From Vulcanimicrobiales bacterium (lineage in GTDB: Bacteria > Vulcanimicrobiota > Vulcanimicrobiia > Vulcanimicrobiales > Vulcanimicrobiaceae): a DNA stretch of 64,000 bases. A program made the translations under genes and the position numbers. Shown one piece after another: positions 58,943 through 64,000 of this stretch (position 1 is its first letter; the number at the start of each line of letters is the position of its first letter). Where the stretch lies: positions 126,032-190,031 of the forward strand of contig JBBRLI010000005.1 of NCBI GenBank assembly GCA_038231455.1, given 5' to 3'. The notes under the pieces were generated by a model that was not told the origin of the DNA, searched no databases, and worked only from the letters and a program-made list of their open reading frames with translations.

Positions 58943-59962
58943 ATGGCAGCTGATCTCAAGACGCGGCTAGCAAAGCTCCTCGAGCTGCGCGACGGGAGTG
59001 ATGAGGACGCACTGCTCCGCGGCCTGCCTCGCGCGCTTACCGACAAGAGTAGTTATCTCGTCGCGAAAGCTGCGGCGATCATCGCGGAGCGGCAATTCAG
59101 CGATCTTGTTCCCGACCTGCTCGTTGCCTACAACCGGCTCTTCAATACCGAGCAAGACGACGAGGATGATGTGTTCGTCGATCCACTCTCACTCGGTAAA
59201 AAAGCGATCGCGCAAGCGCTCTGCGATCTCGACTACCGTCATCCGGCACCGTTCGAGCGAGGTCTACGTTGCCGACAACGCGAGCCCATGTATGGCGGAG
59301 GCGTCGAGTCCAAGTACCCCTCGCGAATCGACACGGCCGCGGGATTGCGCGCCATCTGCGCGCTCGCTCTCGCGGCAAGCGATGCGCCAGGATACGACGT
59401 GATGCACGCGCTCGTCGACGCATTGGTCGATCCGTACAAAGAGGTTCGCATCGAAGCGATTCGCGCGTTCGAGAGTTTCGCGGGTACGGAAAGCGTGCTG
59501 TTGTTGCGCCTCAAATCCCACCTCGGTGACCTGGAGCCCGAAGTTCTCGGACAGTGTTTTCGTTCGCTGCTTTCCTGCGAACGCGTACCCGCTGTCGCGT
59601 TCGTCGCGGAGAGACTGAGCGAGACAAACAAGGACGTCGTGTTCGAGGCAGCCGCAGCGCTTGCGGGATCTCGCGAACCGGAGGCCATTGCCGAAGTCCG
59701 CAGCTTCTGGAATCGTCAGATGCCGCTCGAGACGCGCCGTGGCATTCTCTATTCGCTTGCCGAATCGCCCGTCCCGCAGATCGTCGACCTTCTTCTTCTC
59801 GCCATTGCCGATAGTCGCGCCGACGTCGCAACAGCCGCGGTCGAGTCGCTCGCCGCGAGTCGCTTTCGAGCGGCCAGTCGCACAGCAGCACATGCGGCGG
59901 TCGAACAAACCCGGAGTGCGCCACTGATGCGCGCGTATATCGAGGCCTTCGGCGAGTTGTAG
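58943..59962 (+). CDS. HEAT-repeat protein
   Basis: Repeated helical units, e.g. LVDALVDPYKEVRIEAIRAF and DVVFEAAAALA. Confidence 0.85.
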   Translation: MAADLKTRLAKLLELRDGSDEDALLRGLPRALTDKSSYLVAKAAAIIAERQFSDLVPDLLVAYNRLFNTEQDDEDDVFVDPLSLGKKAIAQALCDLDYRHPAPFERGLRCRQREPMYGGGVESKYPSRIDTAAGLRAICALALAASDAPGYDVMHALVDALVDPYKEVRIEAIRAFESFAGTESVLLLRLKSHLGDLEPEVLGQCFRSLLSCERVPAVAFVAERLSETNKDVVFEAAAALAGSREPEAIAEVRSFWNRQMPLETRRGILYSLAESPVPQIVDLLLLAIADSRADVATAAVESLAASRFRAASRTAAHAAVEQTRSAPLMRAYIEAFGEL

Positions 59963-59977
59963 CGCACAACCCCAGTC

Positions 59978-60736
59978 ATGCGTATTTTAAGCGCCAATGT
60001 CAACGGGTTGCACGGCGCGGTAACCAATGGATTCTTCACCATGCCGCACGTGCTCGAAGCCGACGTCATCTGTTTGCAGGGAACGCGCTGCGATGATGCC
60101 GCCGCCGTCGGTACCGAACTTGGCTATCACGCCCTTGCCGTCGATCGCACGTCGCACGATGAGAACGGAAAAGCCGATCGTGGCGGTGTGGCGATCTTTG
60201 CAAAGCAGCCACTCCGCGAGCTCGACCTCGCGGCTCAGGACGCGCTCGCGAGCAATGGCCAATTCATTTCGTGTCGGCTCGGAGATCTTGCGATCGCATC
60301 GGTGTACGTGACAATGGATGCCCAGCCGGAGCAATTTCCGGCGCTTGCCGCACGCTTCGCCGCGCTCGCAGCGGAGGCGGGCGGCGCGGTGATCGGCGGT
60401 GATATGAATACATTCCGCAACGGGGACGACGCGTGGAATTTCGCCGAGAGCGCGAGCAAGAACGGGTACGGCTGCGACCCAACCGCCATGGCGTGGTTTG
60501 CCCAGACGTTTAACGCCGGGTGGATCGATGCGATTGGCCTCGACTACAAACCGCGGCCGCTCTACACGTGGTGGTCGCGAAACGAACTCTACCATCGCGG
60601 GGATGGAACGCGTCTCGACTACATTCTGCTCTCGGCTGGGCTTGCAACGCGACTAACATCGGGTTCTGCTCAGGTGTCCTCGCAAAAACGGTTCGGCGGT
60701 CACGCGCAGATTGCCGTAACGATCGGCGAGGTCTGA
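59978..60736 (+). CDS. Exodeoxyribonuclease III / EEP-family protein (atypical active site)
   Basis: ILSANVNG, SVYV, GDMN, YTWWS and RLDY motifs; LQE is replaced by LQG and SDH by GGH. Confidence 0.85.
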   Translation: MRILSANVNGLHGAVTNGFFTMPHVLEADVICLQGTRCDDAAAVGTELGYHALAVDRTSHDENGKADRGGVAIFAKQPLRELDLAAQDALASNGQFISCRLGDLAIASVYVTMDAQPEQFPALAARFAALAAEAGGAVIGGDMNTFRNGDDAWNFAESASKNGYGCDPTAMAWFAQTFNAGWIDAIGLDYKPRPLYTWWSRNELYHRGDGTRLDYILLSAGLATRLTSGSAQVSSQKRFGGHAQIAVTIGEV

Positions 60737-60749
60737 CTGGCGATGTCGC

Positions 60750-61178
60750 TCAGTCGAGAACCAGCGGCGTGGTGAGCATTGCCGCGAGTTTCGCTAAGAG
60801 CTGATTCCCCGTCGCCTCCGCAATGCGGTGTCCGAGCGCCGAATCGAACAGGGCGCCAGCGATGCCGAACGGCGGACGGTAGTCGCCATCGAGTTCCAGA
60901 CGCGACCACTCCATCGTATCTTGAGAAATCGTCAGCGTCCCATTGAATTCGGGATACGGTCCGCTGGTCGACGGCTTCCACCCAATGTCCATCATGTGGT
61001 AGCCCGTGAATGTCGACTTCTCGCGTACCCGAAGCTCGACGTTCGTCTCGATGTGGAGATCGCCGACCGCGATGCCAAGCGGGATGATCGCGACGCCATC
61101 CTTGAGATGCGCGTAAAGTCGCTTGGGAGCGTCCTCGAAGCGGCACTGGGCCGTCGTGTACGTATGAATTTGACTCAT
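60750..61178 (-). CDS. Hypothetical protein (possibly SRPBCC/START-like fold)
   Basis: ATG 61178; YPEFNGTLTI...LELDGDYRPPFGIAGALFD...HRIAEAT pattern. Confidence 0.7.
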   Translation of the reverse strand: MSQIHTYTTAQCRFEDAPKRLYAHLKDGVAIIPLGIAVGDLHIETNVELRVREKSTFTGYHMMDIGWKPSTSGPYPEFNGTLTISQDTMEWSRLELDGDYRPPFGIAGALFDSALGHRIAEATGNQLLAKLAAMLTTPLVLD

Positions 61179-61332
61179 ACGTTCATGATCGCCCCGCCGT
61201 GCGAACTCCGCGTGAACGGTGCGCCTCTTGGCTTTCACGCGCGCTTCACAGGCTCGAACGAATACCAGCGGTATGGAACCTCGGGTGTTGACCTCTGCGT
61301 TAACCGGGAAACACCCCGTTCGAGGTATTTCC

Positions 61333-61962
61333 ATGTTCAATAAATCGCTCCAAGTACTCACGATCGCCGCGCTTGCTGCTCTCCCCACCATGGCAAGCGC
61401 GCAGTCGGCCGGCACCACGTTGCTGCCCTCACAAACCGTCATCAACGGTACGATCGAGCAATCCCTCAGTAGCAAGTCGGCAAACGTGCAAGATCCGTTC
61501 GTGCTCGACGTCCAAGGGCCGTATCCCGCGGATGACCAGCGATTCGCGAATGCCCGCGTATACGGCCACGTCGCAACAGTCAGCCACGCGTCGACGACGA
61601 AAAAGGGCGCGGTCACGCTGGCGTTCGACCGGCTCGTACTCGCCGATGGAACGACCGCTTCACTCCAGGGGCAAGTGATCTCGCTCGACGCGCAAGGCAA
61701 CAAAGCCAATAAGACCGTGAAGACGATTGCCGGCGCCGTGGTCGGTCAAATTGTCGGCAACTACATCGGTAAGCATATCGGTTCCGATGTCGGCGGCGCC
61801 GTCGGCGCAATCGGCGGCGGCATCGTCGCGGCGAGCTCCGGTCAAAACATCACCGTGGCGCAAGGTTCGAAAGTCCAATTGCAGACGACGGCCCCCGCAA
61901 CGGTGCTCTCGCTCCGCCAATCCGGCCCCGGCCCGATACCCACGCCGACGCCCTACCGGTAA
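61333..61962 (+). CDS. Secreted protein with TrbI/VirB10-like beta region and glycine zipper
   Basis: GAGG SD; signal peptide; LSSKSANVQDPF, ARVYGHV and TLAFDRL; glycine zipper GAVVGQIVG...GGAVGAIGGG. Confidence 0.75.
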   Translation: MFNKSLQVLTIAALAALPTMASAQSAGTTLLPSQTVINGTIEQSLSSKSANVQDPFVLDVQGPYPADDQRFANARVYGHVATVSHASTTKKGAVTLAFDRLVLADGTTASLQGQVISLDAQGNKANKTVKTIAGAVVGQIVGNYIGKHIGSDVGGAVGAIGGGIVAASSGQNITVAQGSKVQLQTTAPATVLSLRQSGPGPIPTPTPYR

Positions 61963-62104
61963 CTCGAGCTCCGGCTGAACCATCGCCGAGCGCACCATGC
62001 TGCAGCTCGGCGTTGTTCGTTCCGCGCCAAGTGCTGTACCCGCAGCGCGCGGAGCTGGATGATTGGCAGGTAGTAAATTCGCCCGATTGCGGTAATCTGG
62101 ATTC

Positions 62105-62206
62105 GTGGACGCCCATCTCTTCACGATTAGCCTCGCTGGCGCCGTCGCGCTTTTAGTTGCGATGTTTATCTACGCGCCGGAAGCGACGGAACGCGATGAC
62201 CCCTAG
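62105..62206 (+). CDS. Putative 33-aa single-pass membrane microprotein
   Basis: GTG..TAG encoding MDAHLFTISLAGAVALLVAMFIYAPEATERDDP; TAATCT 6 nt upstream (leaderless-type). Confidence 0.45.
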   Translation: MDAHLFTISLAGAVALLVAMFIYAPEATERDDP

Positions 62207-62580
62207 GCGTTCGCACGGGCGAGCGCGACGGCAAAGGCGATCCAACCAGCGACGAACGCAAGGCCGCCGATCGGTGTAATCGCACCGAGCTTCCGTATTC
62301 CGGTGAGCGCTAGTGCGTAGAGGCTCCCACAAAAGACGATCATTCCGGCAAGGAGAAGCCCGCCCGCCAGGTTTGCCGTCGAATCGCTCGCGACGTGCGC
62401 TGCTGAGGCGATGCCCACTGCCACAAGTCCGAGTGCGTGAACGAAATGATAGAAAACCGCGCGCTCGTAGATCCCGGTCGCGTAGTCGTCGAGCCGTTCG
62501 CGTAAAGCATGAGCGCCGAAGGCACCAATCAATACGGCGAGTCCCAGAAGCAACGCGCCAACAGTACTCCAATGCATCAC
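62203..62580 (-). CDS. DUF423 (YgdD/TMEM256) membrane protein
   Basis: GAFGAHAL, YHFVHAL, FCGSLY and GAITPIGG motifs. Confidence 0.93.
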   Translation of the reverse strand: MMHWSTVGALLLGLAVLIGAFGAHALRERLDDYATGIYERAVFYHFVHALGLVAVGIASAAHVASDSTANLAGGLLLAGMIVFCGSLYALALTGIRKLGAITPIGGLAFVAGWIAFAVALARANA

Positions 62581-62610
62581 GTCTGGGCCTTTGACGTCAA
62601 AGGACGGGAG

Positions 62611-63573
62611 TCATCGAGGTTCGAGGAGATCGTCCTGGCTCGGCCGTTGTCGGATCAGGGTCTGCAGCGTCGCACGTTTGAGTGGCGTGACGTTCTGGAA
62701 ATTGATCGTGACATCGCGGTAGATTTTGTTACGACCGTAATCGAGTGGACCCAAGGCCACCTCTTTCTCGATGTACGTAGCGCCGGCGAACGTCGCAAAC
62801 GAGATTAGCCAATCCGTCTGGAGAGGTGGACCGGCGCGAAAATTCCCCGCGGTGCGAATTTTGAGCGTTCGTTTTGTCTGCGGATCGATCCACATCTCGC
62901 GCAGACGGTTCGTGCGCGGTTCGCGTAACGGCCGCAGGACGAGATGGATCGCTCCCTCGTCCGTTGTTAATTCAGGATCGCAACTGATATCGTACGTGCG
63001 CGAGACCACCGACACTTTGCCGATCGTCTTCAGCGACGATGTCGGCAACGGGATCAGTGGTGCTGCCGGCGATTCCGTGATCCCGAAGGCATACGCCGGT
63101 GAGAGATGCGGCGTCCCGAGCAAATCGAACGTCGGCTCCGGCTTTGACAGTTGAATCCCAAACACGCCCACGCCAAAGAACGACAACGTAAGAAATACAT
63201 TGGTCCCGTGCGGAACGTTTGGGTTCGCCGCTTCTTCCGTGCTGAAACGATCGACGTGAATAGCGCCGGCTGCGATCTCGTCTTCGCCGAGATAGTGGAT
63301 CGAGGTCGACTTGTCATTGTTGCGTAATGTGACGACCACGACGTAGTCAACCGCAATCGGATAATTCTGCGCGCTCCACGCCTTCCGTGCTAGTCCGTAA
63401 GAGACATCCGGGGCAGGCTGATCCCCGACCGCATCCACAGGACCGCAATGGTCCACCTCGGACAGTACGCTTGCTGCACTGGGATCGGCCGAGCCAAGAG
63501 CGATCAGAGCGATAAAGAGTCGAACCGTTCCCGCGACGGTCCAGTGCACGACGCTCTTCTTTGACTGAGTCAT
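62611..63573 (-). CDS. Hypothetical secreted protein (LolA-like/lipoprotein-sorting-like C-terminus)
   Basis: Signal/TM N-terminus; LKTIGKV, HLVLRPLREP and RLREMWID; ATGA-coupled to the upstream paralog. Confidence 0.75.
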   Translation of the reverse strand: MTQSKKSVVHWTVAGTVRLFIALIALGSADPSAASVLSEVDHCGPVDAVGDQPAPDVSYGLARKAWSAQNYPIAVDYVVVVTLRNNDKSTSIHYLGEDEIAAGAIHVDRFSTEEAANPNVPHGTNVFLTLSFFGVGVFGIQLSKPEPTFDLLGTPHLSPAYAFGITESPAAPLIPLPTSSLKTIGKVSVVSRTYDISCDPELTTDEGAIHLVLRPLREPRTNRLREMWIDPQTKRTLKIRTAGNFRAGPPLQTDWLISFATFAGATYIEKEVALGPLDYGRNKIYRDVTINFQNVTPLKRATLQTLIRQRPSQDDLLEPR

Positions 63574-63998
63574 CGAGGCTCGAGGAGGTCGTACTCGCTT
63601 GGAAGCTGATGAAGCAGTGTGCGAAGCGTGGATCGTCCTAGCGGCTTGACGTGTTCGAAAGAGATCGCCACGTCACGATAGATTTTATTCCGGCCGTAAT
63701 CGAGCGTTCCTAGTGCGACCTCCTTGTCGATATACGTCACGCCATCGATCGTCGTAAACGTGATCGACCAATCGCAATGCAGTGGCGGACCATCGCGAAA
63801 GTTTCCAGCCGTACGAATCCGCAGCGTCCGATTCGTCAGCGGATCGATCCACATCTCGCGTAACCGATTGTTTTTTGGATCTCGGAGTGGCTCGATAAAG
63901 AGATGCACCGCGCCTTCAATTGGCGTGACTTCGGCATCGCAGCGAATGGAGTACGTACGCGACACAACAGACACTTTGCCGATTGTCTTCAGCTCCGT
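63570..63998 (-). CDS. Paralog of 62611-63573 (5' part beyond window edge)
   Basis: Same C-terminal motifs (LKTIGKVSVVSRTY, RLREMWIDP, LDYGRNKIYRDV, LLEPR); frame is open to the window edge. Confidence 0.8.
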   Translation of the reverse strand, partial: TELKTIGKVSVVSRTYSIRCDAEVTPIEGAVHLFIEPLRDPKNNRLREMWIDPLTNRTLRIRTAGNFRDGPPLHCDWSITFTTIDGVTYIDKEVALGTLDYGRNKIYRDVAISFEHVKPLGRSTLRTLLHQLPSEYDLLEPR

Positions 63999-64000
63999 CG

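Noticed and set aside
1..64000. tRNA, rRNA, CRISPR arrays, IS elements, prophage
   Set aside because: None recognised; intergenic spaces are short, with no repeat-spacer periodicity and no transposase or phage genes.

Overview
A gene-dense, GC-rich bacterial chromosomal segment, mostly core genome. It combines PknB-PASTA, RqcH, PyrR and SpoIID with outer-membrane systems (Mla, a beta-barrel cytochrome, alpha-2-macroglobulin). That mix points to a diderm Terrabacteria lineage such as Eremiobacterota/Vulcanimicrobiota (inference only). Contents in order: pyrR-pyrB-pyrC-carA running into a BatD/MoxR/DUF58/vWA cluster and pdxH; a Crp regulator and DUF4337; carB; a Cyc2-like monoheme beta-barrel gene; a ~16 kb co-directional run (Zn-finger hypothetical, pbpA, pknB, ruvCAB, spoIID, PilZ, queA, two paralogous hybrid kinases, Hpt, REC-HD-GYP); rqcH, gmk-rpoZ-glmS and a PP2C phosphatase; bioAFDB; rph-mlaEFD-rhomboid-panE; an orphan cyanase with a structured leader; a Xer recombinase coupled to a vapBC module; head-to-head pbpC and alpha-2-macroglobulin; a HEAT protein with a degenerate ExoIII; and several secreted hypotheticals, including a tandem paralog pair. 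No rRNA, tRNA, CRISPR array, IS or prophage was seen. Best leads: the candidate riboswitch-like cynS leader, the Cyc2-like protein, two apparent CTG-initiated genes, the overlapping divergent pbpC/A2M pair (A2M lacks the thioester), and the vapBC-xer coupling. All calls come from reading motifs by eye; no searches were run.
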